A DNA stretch of 64,000 nucleotides from an uncultured Gammaproteobacteria bacterium (GTDB lineage Bacteria; Patescibacteriota; Microgenomatia; CAZETR01; Amesbacteraceae). A model generated the notes under the pieces. That model was given only the letters and a program-made list of their open reading frames with translations. It ran no database searches and was not told where the DNA came from. Shown piece after piece: positions 18,607 to 29,028 of the stretch (position 1 is its first letter; every line of letters starts with the position of its first letter). The stretch spans positions 45,714-109,713 of the forward strand of contig CAZIVL010000001.1 in NCBI GenBank assembly GCA_964543035.1. Direction: 5' to 3'. Made by a program: the position numbers and the translations under genes.

Positions 18607-18860
18607 AACTAATTCTGGCTATCCTTCTATGTATCAGCATAGTAGTTTTTTCTATCACACTTTTTATGAATAGCAGTTTCAAAACAGTTACCTACAAAAA
18701 AGCCAATCCAAAAGTAATTGATGCGTACAAAAAGCTAGAGGAAGAGCGTTCCAAGGGGAAAAGCATCTTTTTTACCCCAGTCCCAGATGATGTTTGCTTC
18801 GCCAAAGAAATATTTGGGAAAAGACTATTCGAAAGATGTATCAGCTACACTGATCTATGA
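18603..18860 (+). CDS. Small membrane-anchored protein (hypothetical)
   Basis: 85 aa, N-terminal TM. Confidence 0.35.
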   Translation: MKLILAILLCISIVVFSITLFMNSSFKTVTYKKANPKVIDAYKKLEEERSKGKSIFFTPVPDDVCFAKEIFGKRLFERCISYTDL

Positions 18861-18880
18861 CCACCAAACAATTCACCACC

Positions 18881-18956
18881 GTCATCCTGACCCCGCAGCA
18901 GCGGGGGAAGGATCCAGCTTATTTGTCCTATTCGACCCAACCGACCTATTTGTCAT
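18881..18956 (+). repeat. Repeat family copy R2 (GTCATCCTGA-CCCCGCAGCAGCGGGGG-AAGGATCCAGC) plus T-rich tail ending CTATTTGTCATATG fused to the udg start codon
   Basis: Seen directly; tail resembles the one after R4 (26114-26165). Confidence 0.85.
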
Positions 18957-19598
18957 ATGACCACACAGCAAAAGATTGAGGAACTAAACAAGATTGCCCA
19001 GGAGATCAGAGCCTTTAAGGGCTTGGATATCGCCAAAAATGCCAAAAATGCCGTTCCCGGCGAGGGCAGTCCTGATGCCAAGATTTTATTTATCGGCGAG
19101 GCCCCCGGCCAGGTAGAGGACGATTCTGGTCGCCCGTTTGTAGGCCGGTCTGGCCAGATGATGCGCACTGTTTTGACTGAGACTACTGGCATCAAACCGG
19201 AGGAAGTATTTATCACCAATATTGTGAAATACCGCCCTCCAGACAACCGGGATCCGTTTGATAATGAGATCGAGGCCTGTCGAGACTGGCTAGATCGCCA
19301 GATTGCCATCATTGCTCCCAAGATCATTGTCACCCTCGGGCGTTTCAGCATGGCCAAGTTCATCCCCGGCGTCACTATTTCAAAAGTCCACGGAATCCCT
19401 CACAACTCACAACTCACAACTGACAACCTACAACTAAAATTTATCGTCTTCCCCATGTTCCATCCCGCGGCTGCACTTCGCGGAACTGGCACCATGATGC
19501 AATTTAAGGGAGATTTTGTTAAACTGTACACACTTATCAACCCGCCCGCTCCTACCACTTCCCTAATTCAAGAAACAGTAGAAGAAGTACTCGCCTAA
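18957..19598 (+). CDS. Uracil-DNA glycosylase, family 4
   Basis: GEGSPDAKILFIGEAPG…GRPFVGRSGQ motif; HPAAALR near C-terminus. Confidence 0.85.
   Translation: MTTQQKIEELNKIAQEIRAFKGLDIAKNAKNAVPGEGSPDAKILFIGEAPGQVEDDSGRPFVGRSGQMMRTVLTETTGIKPEEVFITNIVKYRPPDNRDPFDNEIEACRDWLDRQIAIIAPKIIVTLGRFSMAKFIPGVTISKVHGIPHNSQLTTDNLQLKFIVFPMFHPAAALRGTGTMMQFKGDFVKLYTLINPPAPTTSLIQETVEEVLA
19401..19435 (+). repeat. Heptamer tandem array CACAACT x3-GACAACC-TACAACT inside the UDG gene
   Basis: Seen directly; encodes HNSQLTTDNLQL inserted between …KVHGIP and KFIVFPMFHP. Confidence 0.85.
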
Positions 19599-19603
19599 AT
19601 TTT

Positions 19604-21292
19604 ATGCAATTCACAAATCGTAATTTCAAGACTCAACCCGGCAGTCTCCAGATCTTTTCTCTCGGTGGCTTTGGTCGCGTGACCTCAAACATGTTTGTCT
19701 ACGAATACGAGTCAGACATTCTGCTTGTGGACTGTGGCATGGGCTTCCCCACCGAAGATATGTTGGGTGTGGACATCCTGATTCCAGACATCACCTATCT
19801 CCAGGATCGCATAGGCAAAATCCGGGGATTGGTCTTCACTCACGGCCACGAGGATCACACCGGCGCTCTCCCCTACATTCTCCCCAAGCTAGGCAAGATC
19901 CCGCTTTACGGCAGCAACTTAACAGCTCATCTGATCATGGAGAAATTGGCCGAATACGAAGGCATGCCCAAGCAGGTCAATGTCCTCCAGCCCGGCACTG
20001 TTTTACAGCTGGGCAAATTTACCGTGGAATCGGTCCGCATTTCTCATTCTATTCCCGATGCCACCAATCTTATTATCAAGACTCCCGCGGGCACCGTCTA
20101 TCATGGCTCGGATTTCAAATTCGATTTCACTCCAGTCGACGGCATTTTGCCAGACGTGGGCCGCATCGGTATGGCCGGTATTCAAGGCATCGATTTATTA
20201 CTCTCAGATTCACTCGGTTCCGAGAGGCGCGGTCTGACACCCTCCGAAAAGACTCTCGAAGGCATGTTCGAAAAAGAGATTGCAAAGTGCGAGGGTCGTT
20301 TTATTGTGACCACCATGGGCAGTAACATCAGTCGCTGGCGCCAGGCCGCCGAGGCCGCCATCCGTCACGGCAGACGTGTTGCCATTTCCGGCCGCAGCAT
20401 CGAGCGAAATATTGAAGTCGCGACCAAGCTTGGTTTCATAAATATCCCCAAGTCAGCTTTTGTCGAAGTGCGAGATGTAAAAAAGCTCAACCCAAAAAAT
20501 GTCTGTATTTTGATAGCAGGTTCTCAGGCCCAGCCAGGCTCTGCTCTAGAGCGTATGGCCACCGGAGATCATAGGGATCTCAAGTTGGCAGCCGGCGACA
20601 AAGTCGTGTTTTCCTCGGACTACATCCCAGGCAACGAGACTGCAGTCCAAGCCCTCATCGATTTGATAGCCAAGCTAGGTGTGGACGTGGTTTACTCCGG
20701 CATGACCGACAATCTTCATGTCTCCGGCCACGGCAGTCAGCAGGATCTGCTTCTTATGTTGGCACTCACCAAGCCCAAGTTTGCACTTCCCATAGGTGGT
20801 ACTTATCGCCACATGATCCAGTACGGAAGACTAGCCGAAGCCATGGGTTATGCCAAAGAGCGGATTTTACTTCCTGAGCACAATCAATCTATTATCGTGA
20901 CTCCTGGAAAAGCCGTCATGGGTCCAGTCATCGAGATGAAGAGTGTCATGGTCGATGGCTTGGGTGTTGGCGACGTGGGCAGTGTTGTTCTCAGAGATCG
21001 CAAGTCCCTGGCCGAAGAGGGTGTGGTCGTCGCCGTAGTCCAGCTCAGTCAGGCCAATTTGTCCAAAGTAGAAAATGTCGAGCTATTATCTCGCGGTTTC
21101 GTATTCGACAAGTACAATACGGGACTACTAGCCGAAGCCAGTGCCAAAGTGCGCCAGACTCTGGCCGCCAAATCTGGCAAGATCGAGTCTACAGTTCAGG
21201 CCCGCCAATACGTCTCAGATACTCTCGAGAGATTCTTGTTCGACAAGACTCACCGCCGCCCCATGATCCTCCCCGTCATTGTAGAGGTGTAG
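19604..21292 (+). CDS. rnj: Ribonuclease J (beta-CASP metallo-beta-lactamase)
   Basis: HGHEDH motif, beta-CASP region, 562 aa. Confidence 0.9.
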   Translation: MQFTNRNFKTQPGSLQIFSLGGFGRVTSNMFVYEYESDILLVDCGMGFPTEDMLGVDILIPDITYLQDRIGKIRGLVFTHGHEDHTGALPYILPKLGKIPLYGSNLTAHLIMEKLAEYEGMPKQVNVLQPGTVLQLGKFTVESVRISHSIPDATNLIIKTPAGTVYHGSDFKFDFTPVDGILPDVGRIGMAGIQGIDLLLSDSLGSERRGLTPSEKTLEGMFEKEIAKCEGRFIVTTMGSNISRWRQAAEAAIRHGRRVAISGRSIERNIEVATKLGFINIPKSAFVEVRDVKKLNPKNVCILIAGSQAQPGSALERMATGDHRDLKLAAGDKVVFSSDYIPGNETAVQALIDLIAKLGVDVVYSGMTDNLHVSGHGSQQDLLLMLALTKPKFALPIGGTYRHMIQYGRLAEAMGYAKERILLPEHNQSIIVTPGKAVMGPVIEMKSVMVDGLGVGDVGSVVLRDRKSLAEEGVVVAVVQLSQANLSKVENVELLSRGFVFDKYNTGLLAEASAKVRQTLAAKSGKIESTVQARQYVSDTLERFLFDKTHRRPMILPVIVEV

Positions 21293-21304
21293 TAAAATAT
21301 ATTT

Positions 21305-21490
21305 ATGGCACCCAAAAACAAGCTCATCAAAGGCAGTAGTATCCCTGTCGCATACCTTATTGATTACATCAAAGATGGATACACCATATCGGAGTTTCTT
21401 TCTTCCTATCCCTGGCTCAAAAGACAAAATGTGGAGAAGATTCTGGACGAGATAAAGCACAAGGAATTCTCGTTCGGACATGCCCAGTAA
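21305..21490 (+). CDS. DUF433-family small protein (putative antitoxin)
   Basis: 61 aa; …IPVAYLIDYIKDGYTISEFLSSYPWLKRQNVEKILDEI matches the DUF433 pattern. Confidence 0.55.
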   Translation: MAPKNKLIKGSSIPVAYLIDYIKDGYTISEFLSSYPWLKRQNVEKILDEIKHKEFSFGHAQ

Positions 21491-21869
21491 AAAGTCAGAT
21501 CTTCAACTATACGCCGATGAGTGTTTTCCGATTCCTTCCGTAACTTTTCTAAAATCACTTGGGTATTCAGTTATTCATGCATCAGATTTGGGTCACACTG
21601 CAGAGTCAGACAAATTTCACTACAAATTAACCCAAAAAATAAACCGTACACTAATTACTTTTGACCGAGATTTTTTAATATATAAGAATTCAAATCCCAT
21701 AAATCACCCAGGGATAATAGTCATATCCTGTGCACCATCGGAAATAAATCTCGTATGCAAAAAGTTTTTGTCAAAAATTTCAAAAAGCTCAGTCTCCGAC
21801 GCTTTATTGATAGTCACCAAAGACAAGATCACCAAATCAAAGCATGACGTCAAATCAGAAATAAAATAA
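21480..21869 (+). CDS. DUF5615/PIN-like (Mut7-C type) protein (putative toxin)
   Basis: 129 aa; LYADECFP…LGY start typical of DUF5615; 11-nt overlap with the DUF433 gene; AT-rich islet. Confidence 0.5.
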   Translation: MPSKKSDLQLYADECFPIPSVTFLKSLGYSVIHASDLGHTAESDKFHYKLTQKINRTLITFDRDFLIYKNSNPINHPGIIVISCAPSEINLVCKKFLSKISKSSVSDALLIVTKDKITKSKHDVKSEIK

Positions 21870-21895
21870 AAAGGATCCAGTATAATTTCTAGTTT

Positions 21896-22192
21896 GTGAA
21901 ATCAGTTTTCAAAAAAGACCGCTTCCAGAAAGCCCGTGGTCCATCCAAGCTTCTTCAGATTATTTGCGCTTCATGTAGTCACAATATTTGTCTCTACCAA
22001 AAAGACGGCCCAGGTCTTCTCAAGCGCATGTACTATGACCGTATAACTGGATTAAATAATTTTCCCGATCAATTAGCTTGTCCCAACTGTAAAAAAGTTC
22101 TAGGGACAAAAATGATTTACGCCAAAGAAAACCGCCTAGCGTACCGCCTACTTATTGGTTCCGTAGCCAAAAAAATCACCAAAACAACATGA
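21896..22192 (+). CDS. Zn-ribbon small protein (hypothetical)
   Basis: 98 aa with CxxC…CPNC. Confidence 0.35.
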   Translation: MKSVFKKDRFQKARGPSKLLQIICASCSHNICLYQKDGPGLLKRMYYDRITGLNNFPDQLACPNCKKVLGTKMIYAKENRLAYRLLIGSVAKKITKTT

Positions 22193-22214
22193 TTCTTCCT
22201 GGTATAGTGAGCAT

Positions 22215-23876
22215 ATGAAGCGAGCATTTATATTCTTCTTCATCTCCCTTCTTTTTCTCACTCTCGCCCTGATTATCACTACTCCTCGTTATCCCCGACC
22301 AGATCAAAAAAAGTCTTCAGTTATCACCATTACAGACAGCAGAGAATGGGCAAATTGCAACAATATCAGACAATCCATCGAGTACGACTCAAAGCGCTAT
22401 CTTGCCTGTTACGGCGGAGTCTTAGTGTTAGATTCAAACAATCAGGTAGTTGACCAGATTACGATGGCCGATGGACTAGGAAACCCGATAGTAAATTCCC
22501 TAGTCATAAAGAACAATCGTCTTTTTATGGGCACCCAAGATGGAGTAACCGTTTTTGACTTATCGTCTCGCAAGGCCCAAAAAATTAGCGTCTCCGAAGG
22601 ATTGGTAAACGGATCAAATATTTTTCTCAAAGAGGATGGAGAATCGCTATGGGTGGGGACTTTTAATGGTGTGAGTAAAATCAACTCAAAAGATTTATCA
22701 ATAAAAAACTACACCACCGAGTTAGGAATTAGTCCGGTGCACAATATCAGAGATATTCTTGTCACTCCTGTATCTGTTTATTTCACTTACGTAGGGGGAG
22801 GGGGATCAGCGGGAGGTGTGGCCAGGTATGACAAGCTCCAAGACCAATGGGAAAGTTTTTCACCTTCTGACTTTATATATCAGGACACATCAGAAGACCG
22901 TCTAGATTTTTCTAGTCTCACCCAAAAAGACGGCCAAATCTTGCTCGGAAATCCCTCAGAGGTCTGGCAAACTACCAATTCACCTCATAGCACATGGACA
23001 AAAGTGTCCAATCCAGAGGGAATCTTTTCCTACGACATAGACCCCTCTCCGGAGTTAACGGGCAGGCCAAACACGTTTGACAAGCTTTTGGCAATAATAG
23101 ACTCACACCTTTTCTTTTCTTCCGGATCCCAAATCTGGCAGCTAGATCTAAATACTTTTTCATTTCAAGATATCCTCACACTGTCACTGAGCCCTCATTC
23201 AAACAACATCTCTTTCGTTCCGGTAACGGGTTCGACCAAAGTTCTCATATTTGGTCAAAGTTGCGGTATGTTTTGCTCAGAGCCGGAGTTTGTCCTATAT
23301 GATTATTTAGCAAAAACGACAGAAACAATTGGGTGGCCACAAGAGTTAAAAACAGATCCGACTATGCCGGACTACGAATATCTCGATCCTCAATTCACAG
23401 TAGCAAGCCAGGGTGTCCCTCTGCCGTTTCTGTCAAACAATCAAGGAACATTTTTTCTTGACTTGCAAGACTTGAGTTGGAGCAACAGTAGCGATTTAAA
23501 ACCGACTCATATTCCCCCAAATGACAACCCTTGCCTACCAAATTATCTTTTTTCAGACATGGATGGCTTTGTAGCTATTTCCCACTGTACGCTTTCTACC
23601 ATAAATCACCCTTCACTACCCGTGGCTCCGCCCAAATACAGCCCTTTTCCAGATTGGCCAGCCACAGTGTATGCCCAGCCTGCAGTATTCTCACAGGATC
23701 TCGTTTGGACCGGCACAAATCGTGGCCTCATCGTATATTCACCCCAAACTCAAAAAACTCAACTTATATCCACCACCGATGGTCTGACATCAAATGAAAT
23801 AACCAAATACGTGGTATTAGACAAGTTGCTCATAGTTGCCACAGATGCAGGTCTATCAGTGCTCAAGTACAAATAA
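22215..23876 (+). CDS. Secreted/anchored beta-propeller protein with Reg_prop (two-component-regulator propeller) repeats
   Basis: N-terminal TM/signal; repeated …DGLxN…VxxDxxGxLWxGT… motifs. Confidence 0.55.
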   Translation: MKRAFIFFFISLLFLTLALIITTPRYPRPDQKKSSVITITDSREWANCNNIRQSIEYDSKRYLACYGGVLVLDSNNQVVDQITMADGLGNPIVNSLVIKNNRLFMGTQDGVTVFDLSSRKAQKISVSEGLVNGSNIFLKEDGESLWVGTFNGVSKINSKDLSIKNYTTELGISPVHNIRDILVTPVSVYFTYVGGGGSAGGVARYDKLQDQWESFSPSDFIYQDTSEDRLDFSSLTQKDGQILLGNPSEVWQTTNSPHSTWTKVSNPEGIFSYDIDPSPELTGRPNTFDKLLAIIDSHLFFSSGSQIWQLDLNTFSFQDILTLSLSPHSNNISFVPVTGSTKVLIFGQSCGMFCSEPEFVLYDYLAKTTETIGWPQELKTDPTMPDYEYLDPQFTVASQGVPLPFLSNNQGTFFLDLQDLSWSNSSDLKPTHIPPNDNPCLPNYLFSDMDGFVAISHCTLSTINHPSLPVAPPKYSPFPDWPATVYAQPAVFSQDLVWTGTNRGLIVYSPQTQKTQLISTTDGLTSNEITKYVVLDKLLIVATDAGLSVLKYK

Positions 23877-23915
23877 TTTTCCAAAAGTCTTCAAAGTCGG
23901 GGTATAATATTCGAG

Positions 23916-26093
23916 ATGCCCAGAAGTAGGTCTATTTTTGGCCGGCGTAAATTCCAGGTCAAGCTCAAACAATCCACAGTCAATTCTATTGGCGCCTCTA
24001 TCCTCTTCGCCATTTCTGGCCTCATCTGGCTCTCATTTATTCGCCAGGGCACTCTCCTTATTAGTCTCAACGATTTTCTGGTCACCAATCTCGGTTTTAT
24101 TCCCACGCTTTATTTCCCCCTCATTCCCATCTTTGGGGGACTGATGATTACCAAGATCAAGACTTCTCTTTCTTCTGCCAATGTTTTTGTGGGTAGTATT
24201 TTGACCCTCGCTGCCCTCATCGGTCTTTTTCACGATGGCTTTGTGGGTGCCCAAGTCTGGCAAAATCTCACCACTCTTATCTATTACCCCGGCGCCTTTT
24301 TGTTCTTGGTCGCCACTCTTGGCATTGGTCTCATTATTTCTTTCAACATTCCTTTTGAGGACGTTGTAAATTTTGTTTTGGATCTTCTTCGCAAGCTGTT
24401 TGGCATCTTTAGTCGGTTCAAAGGTCCAGACCTGGCCAATACTCCCTTAAATCGCCCCATCAAATTGGGTGGCCTTACGGGCAAACCTGCCGTTGTTCCC
24501 GCCAAACAAGCCTCGCTCTTTTCCAGTAAGCCAGTGGAGATCAAGGGCATGGGCACCAAGCCCGTTAACCAATCACCAATCACCAATAACCAAAAACCAA
24601 TAACCCCTCTCCCAGCCGCCGCCACCGACACTGTCTGGCATTATCCACCTCTTACTTTGTTGTCCGAAAATATTTCTGGTAAGGCCGACCGGGGAAATAT
24701 AAACAACAATGCCGCCATCATCGAAAAGACTCTCGAGGCTTTTGGCATTACGGCCAAAGTCATCGAGGTAAACATGGGTCCCGCCGTCACCCAATATGCC
24801 CTCGAAGTCGCCATCGGTACTAAGCTCTCCAAGATTTCGGCCTTAGGGTCTGACTTGGCTTTGGCCCTCGCCGCTCCCACGGGACAGATTCGCATCGAAG
24901 CCCCGATTCCCGGAAGGTCTCTGGTGGGTATCGAGTTACCTAACCGTTCTCCCGAGTTTGTCAGCCTGCGAAAGATCCTGGAGTCGGATAATGCCAAAAA
25001 TCACAAGTCCAAGCTGGCAGTTGCCATGGGTCTGGACGTCTCCGGCGAGCCTATTGTCGCCGATATCGCCAAGATGCCCCACGTTTTGATAGCAGGGAGC
25101 ACCGGTTCCGGAAAATCAGTCGCCATCAACTCATTTATCGCCTCTCTGCTCTTCAGAGCCAGTCCTCAGGAGGTCAATCTCATTATGGTGGATCCCAAGC
25201 GTGTGGAGCTGACGGGTTACAATGGCATTCCTCATCTTTTGAGTCCTGTGATCGTCGAGCCCGAAAAAGTCTTGTCCGCTCTCAAGTGGGCCACCGGCGA
25301 GATGGAACGCCGCTACAAGCTCTTTGCCGAGGTGGGAGTCAGAAATCTCGAGGGTTACAACGAGCTCTCCGGCTTCCAGGCCCTTCCTTACATAGTTATC
25401 GTGATAGACGAGCTCGCCGATATCATGTTGTTTGCCCAAGTTGAGGTAGAAGACACTATTACTCGTATCGCCCAGATGGCCCGAGCCACCGGTATTCACC
25501 TCGTGTTGGCCACTCAGCGCCCGTCTGTGGATATCATCACGGGTCTTATAAAGGCAAACATCCCGACTCGCATCGCCTTCTCAGTCTCTTCCATGATCGA
25601 TTCAAAAGTGGTCTTGGATCAGCCCGGAGCCGAGAAATTGTTGGGCAAAGGGGACATGCTTTATATTCCCCCAGATGCTGCCAAGCCTACTCGCATCCAG
25701 GGTTCATTTGTGTCAGACAAGGAGATCAAGAGCCTGATCGAGTTTTTGAAAAAGCAGGGTGTGGCTCCGCATTACACTGAAGAAGTGACCAATACTCCGA
25801 TCGGAAAGATTGGTGGTCGTGGCGGCCGGGGTAGCAGCTTCATCGCTCCCAATGGTGAGGACCGGGATGAATTGTTTGAGGATGCCCTCAGGCTCATCGT
25901 CCAGCACAACACCGCATCTGCTTCTTTCTTACAAAGAAAGCTCAGTATTGGTTACGCCCGTGCGGCTCGAGTCCTCGATGAGCTCTACGGAGCCGGCGCC
26001 ATTGGTCCAGCCGACGGGGCCAAGCCCCGCGACATCATGGTCTCCGACGTAACCTCATTCCTCAATCCAGCGCCTCAAGAACAGTCATCCTGA
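23916..26093 (+). CDS. ftsK: DNA translocase FtsK/SpoIIIE
   Basis: N-terminal TM helices; Walker A GSTGSGKS; winged-helix gamma domain at C-terminus. Confidence 0.9.
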   Translation: MPRSRSIFGRRKFQVKLKQSTVNSIGASILFAISGLIWLSFIRQGTLLISLNDFLVTNLGFIPTLYFPLIPIFGGLMITKIKTSLSSANVFVGSILTLAALIGLFHDGFVGAQVWQNLTTLIYYPGAFLFLVATLGIGLIISFNIPFEDVVNFVLDLLRKLFGIFSRFKGPDLANTPLNRPIKLGGLTGKPAVVPAKQASLFSSKPVEIKGMGTKPVNQSPITNNQKPITPLPAAATDTVWHYPPLTLLSENISGKADRGNINNNAAIIEKTLEAFGITAKVIEVNMGPAVTQYALEVAIGTKLSKISALGSDLALALAAPTGQIRIEAPIPGRSLVGIELPNRSPEFVSLRKILESDNAKNHKSKLAVAMGLDVSGEPIVADIAKMPHVLIAGSTGSGKSVAINSFIASLLFRASPQEVNLIMVDPKRVELTGYNGIPHLLSPVIVEPEKVLSALKWATGEMERRYKLFAEVGVRNLEGYNELSGFQALPYIVIVIDELADIMLFAQVEVEDTITRIAQMARATGIHLVLATQRPSVDIITGLIKANIPTRIAFSVSSMIDSKVVLDQPGAEKLLGKGDMLYIPPDAAKPTRIQGSFVSDKEIKSLIEFLKKQGVAPHYTEEVTNTPIGKIGGRGGRGSSFIAPNGEDRDELFEDALRLIVQHNTASASFLQRKLSIGYARAARVLDELYGAGAIGPADGAKPRDIMVSDVTSFLNPAPQEQSS
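24571..24605 (+). repeat. Heptamer tandem array AATCACC x2-AATAACC-AAAAACC-AATAACC inside the ftsK linker
   Basis: Seen directly; encodes NQSPITNNQKPIT. Confidence 0.85.
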
Positions 26094-26165
26094 GCGAAGC
26101 GAAGGATCCAGTACATTTCATTTTATTCGTCTTATCTGACTTATCGGTCTTATTTGTCATATTGC
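26085..26165 (+). repeat. Repeat family copy R4 (GTCATCCTGAGCGAAGCGAAGGATCCAGTA; supplies the ftsK TGA stop) plus T-rich tail ending CTTATTTGTCATAT
   Basis: Seen directly; tail followed by TATAAT and the rodZ-like start. Confidence 0.85.
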
Positions 26166-26182
26166 ATATATAATCACCTCAA

Positions 26183-26824
26183 ATGAAAACCGCCGGCCAA
26201 ATGTTACAAGAGACTCGTCTTGCCAAAAGACTGGATTACTCAGACGTAGCCAGGATTACCAAGATCAGGCCGCAGTTTTTGGAGATTATTGAGAATGACA
26301 ATTACAAACAGCTCCCCAGTGGCGCCGTAGCCAAGGGCTTCATCAGAAACTACGCCGAATTTTTAGGCTTGAAGCCCGATTACATTTCCGCCATATTCAG
26401 AAGAGATTTTGTGGAAAACGAGCGGGGAGAGATCATTCCTCGCGGTATGGCGAGTCCCATAAATAAGATTAGTATCTGGACTCCAAAGACGACCGTGATT
26501 GCAGGCGTCATAGCTCTCTTTTTGTCCCTGGGCGTTTATTTGATTTATCAGTTCAATGTTTTGGTCGGCCCTCCTAGTCTAAAGCTTTCCGAGCCCCAAG
26601 AGTCACAGGTCGTAGACACTGAGACCATAGTCGTCTCAGGGACTACCGATCCCGAGGCCACCATTAGAGTAAACGATCAGCCCATAGCCCTCGACAAGGG
26701 TGGTTCATTTTTTGTCCGCCTGCCCCTCGTTTCCGGGGAAAACAAGATTGTAGTAGTGGCCACCAGCAAATCAAAAAAATCAACGACCCTTGAGCGTGTC
26801 GTTACCTTGACATCCCGGCCGTAA
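26183..26824 (+). CDS. RodZ-like membrane protein (N-terminal XRE-type HTH, single TM)
   Basis: HTH segment …DYSDVARITKIRPQFLEIIEND…; TM; periplasmic C-terminus. Confidence 0.55.
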   Translation: MKTAGQMLQETRLAKRLDYSDVARITKIRPQFLEIIENDNYKQLPSGAVAKGFIRNYAEFLGLKPDYISAIFRRDFVENERGEIIPRGMASPINKISIWTPKTTVIAGVIALFLSLGVYLIYQFNVLVGPPSLKLSEPQESQVVDTETIVVSGTTDPEATIRVNDQPIALDKGGSFFVRLPLVSGENKIVVVATSKSKKSTTLERVVTLTSRP

Positions 26825-26846
26825 AAAAATATAGTAAGCAAACAAT

Positions 26847-27191
26847 ATGTTAACGACGCTAGTTCAGCTTCTTCTCGTCTCAGTCATCTGCACACTCACC
26901 GTGCTCACAGTCGTAGCGGGCATTCAGGTCTTTCACATACTGCATGAGTTTCGCCAGATTCTCAAGAGGATGAATCTCATTTTGGACAATACCAGGACTA
27001 TTTCTGACTCCGCAGCCAAGCCCATTAGTGCCGTCAACGAATTTTTCTCCGAAGTAAAGGGATTGGTCAATGAAACCCAGGATCAGATCGTCGACTCCAC
27101 CCCCGACCGTGTCATCACGCAGGCTGCATCCCAGCCATCCGCTGCCCGTCGCTTCTTCCACCGCGCCGGCCTGTCTCTGCGCGCCTCTTAG
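26847..27191 (+). CDS. Hypothetical membrane-anchored protein
   Basis: 114 aa, N-terminal TM. Confidence 0.35.
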   Translation: MLTTLVQLLLVSVICTLTVLTVVAGIQVFHILHEFRQILKRMNLILDNTRTISDSAAKPISAVNEFFSEVKGLVNETQDQIVDSTPDRVITQAASQPSAARRFFHRAGLSLRAS

Positions 27192-27222
27192 CTCTTATTC
27201 ACTTCAGTGGTAAAATTGGCCA

Positions 27223-29028
27223 ATGATTTCCGGCTCTGATGTTAGGAAAAAATATCTCGATTTTTTTGCAGTTCGCGGCCATGTCGTCATTCCTTCAGCG
27301 CCATTAGTTCCCGAAAACGACCCCACCACACTTTTTACCGGCTCCGGCATGCAGCCCATGTTGCAGTATTTACTAGGGGCTCCATATCCCGAGGGCAAGA
27401 CCAGGATTGTCGATTCCCAAAAATGTTTCAGATCCCAAGACATCGAAGAAGTGGGGGACAATCGTCACACCACTTCGTTTGAGATGTTGGGCAACTGGTC
27501 ACTTGGAGACTACTTCAAAAAAGAGCAGTTGACTTGGATGTGGGAGTTTTTTACACAAGAATTAGGTTTGGACAAAAACCACATTTTTGTCTCCGTTTTC
27601 GAAGGCGACACCGAGATTCCCAGAGATGATGAAGCAGTCGAGATTTGGAAAAGTTTGGGGGTCCCGGAAGAAAGAATTTTTTACTACAGCGACAAAAAAA
27701 ATTGGTGGAGCAGATCAGGTCCTAAGGCAAATATGCCAGTGGGTGAGCCCGGAGGCCCAGATTCCGAAATCTTTTACGACTTCGGAGAAGAGCATCAGTT
27801 TCATGAAAATTCCCAGTGGAAAAATGAAGAGTGTCATCCCAATTGTGATTGCGGTCGATTTATAGAAATTGGCAACAACGTGTTTATGACCTATGTAAAA
27901 ACAGATTCGGGATTTGAACCATTAAAGAAGAAAAATATCGATTACGGCGGGGGACTGGAGCGCATTGCTGCAGCCGTCCACGGCGTCCCCGATATTTTTG
28001 TGACCAGTCTTTACAAAAAGATTATTGCCGAGGTAGAAGAAATGTCAGGAAAATCATACGCCGATAACACAACGGCGTTCAGAATCATCGCCGATCATCT
28101 CAAAGCCTCAGTGTTTCTCATTGCCGACGGCGTTACTCCGTCAAACAAATCTCAAGGATATTTCTTGCGTAGACTCCTGCGAAGGAGTCTGGTGAAGTTG
28201 CAACAGCTTGGTATCTCCACTACCGATTTTACACCAATAATAAAAGCAATTATTGATACTTATTCAGACACCGACTATTTCAAAAATTCCCAAGTTACAG
28301 TTATTAGTTCAGAGATTTCGTCAGAAGCCGAAAAATTTGCCAAGACTTTAAAAGATGGGTTAAAAAGAATTGGTGATACCACACCTTTTGATCTCTTCCA
28401 GACCTATGGCTTCCCGCCCGAAGTCACCGAGGAATTACTCAAGCAAGAAGGCAAGTCTTTGGACTGGGACGAGTTCAACAAAGAAAAATCCCAGCATCAG
28501 GATTTGTCCCGTACTGCTGGAAAAGGCATGTTCAAAGGCGGGCTTCAGGATCAGTCGGAGATCACGACTCGCTATCACACTGCCACACATTTATTACATG
28601 CCTCACTGCGAAAGATATTGGGAGATCACGTCCAGCAAAAGGGTTCCAACATTACGGCCGATCGGTTACGTTTTGATTTTTCCCACGACTCCAAATTAAC
28701 TAATTCACAAATTCACGAGATTGAAGACCTGGTAAATCAACAGATTATTAAGGATCTTCCTGTCACTAAAGTAGAAATGCGCAAAACGGACGCACTCGCC
28801 CAAGGCGCTCTCGCCTTTTTCCCCGAAAAATATCCCGATGTTACCAATGTTTATTCTATTGGCGACCCTTCGACAGGCTCAGGGCAAGTTTTTTCAAAAG
28901 AGCTTTGTGGTGGTCCGCACGTGAATTCGACTGGTATTATTGGTAAGATAAAAATAACCCGTGAAGAATCCGCGGGTGCTGGCATCCGCCGCATATATGC
29001 AACTGCCCTTCCTCAAAAAGAAAACTGA
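27223..29028 (+). CDS. alaS: Alanine--tRNA ligase (compact, lacks C-Ala domain)
   Basis: Class II AlaRS catalytic core; editing-domain HxxxH (TATHLLH) and CGGPHV; only 601 aa. Confidence 0.9.
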   Translation: MISGSDVRKKYLDFFAVRGHVVIPSAPLVPENDPTTLFTGSGMQPMLQYLLGAPYPEGKTRIVDSQKCFRSQDIEEVGDNRHTTSFEMLGNWSLGDYFKKEQLTWMWEFFTQELGLDKNHIFVSVFEGDTEIPRDDEAVEIWKSLGVPEERIFYYSDKKNWWSRSGPKANMPVGEPGGPDSEIFYDFGEEHQFHENSQWKNEECHPNCDCGRFIEIGNNVFMTYVKTDSGFEPLKKKNIDYGGGLERIAAAVHGVPDIFVTSLYKKIIAEVEEMSGKSYADNTTAFRIIADHLKASVFLIADGVTPSNKSQGYFLRRLLRRSLVKLQQLGISTTDFTPIIKAIIDTYSDTDYFKNSQVTVISSEISSEAEKFAKTLKDGLKRIGDTTPFDLFQTYGFPPEVTEELLKQEGKSLDWDEFNKEKSQHQDLSRTAGKGMFKGGLQDQSEITTRYHTATHLLHASLRKILGDHVQQKGSNITADRLRFDFSHDSKLTNSQIHEIEDLVNQQIIKDLPVTKVEMRKTDALAQGALAFFPEKYPDVTNVYSIGDPSTGSGQVFSKELCGGPHVNSTGIIGKIKITREESAGAGIRRIYATALPQKEN

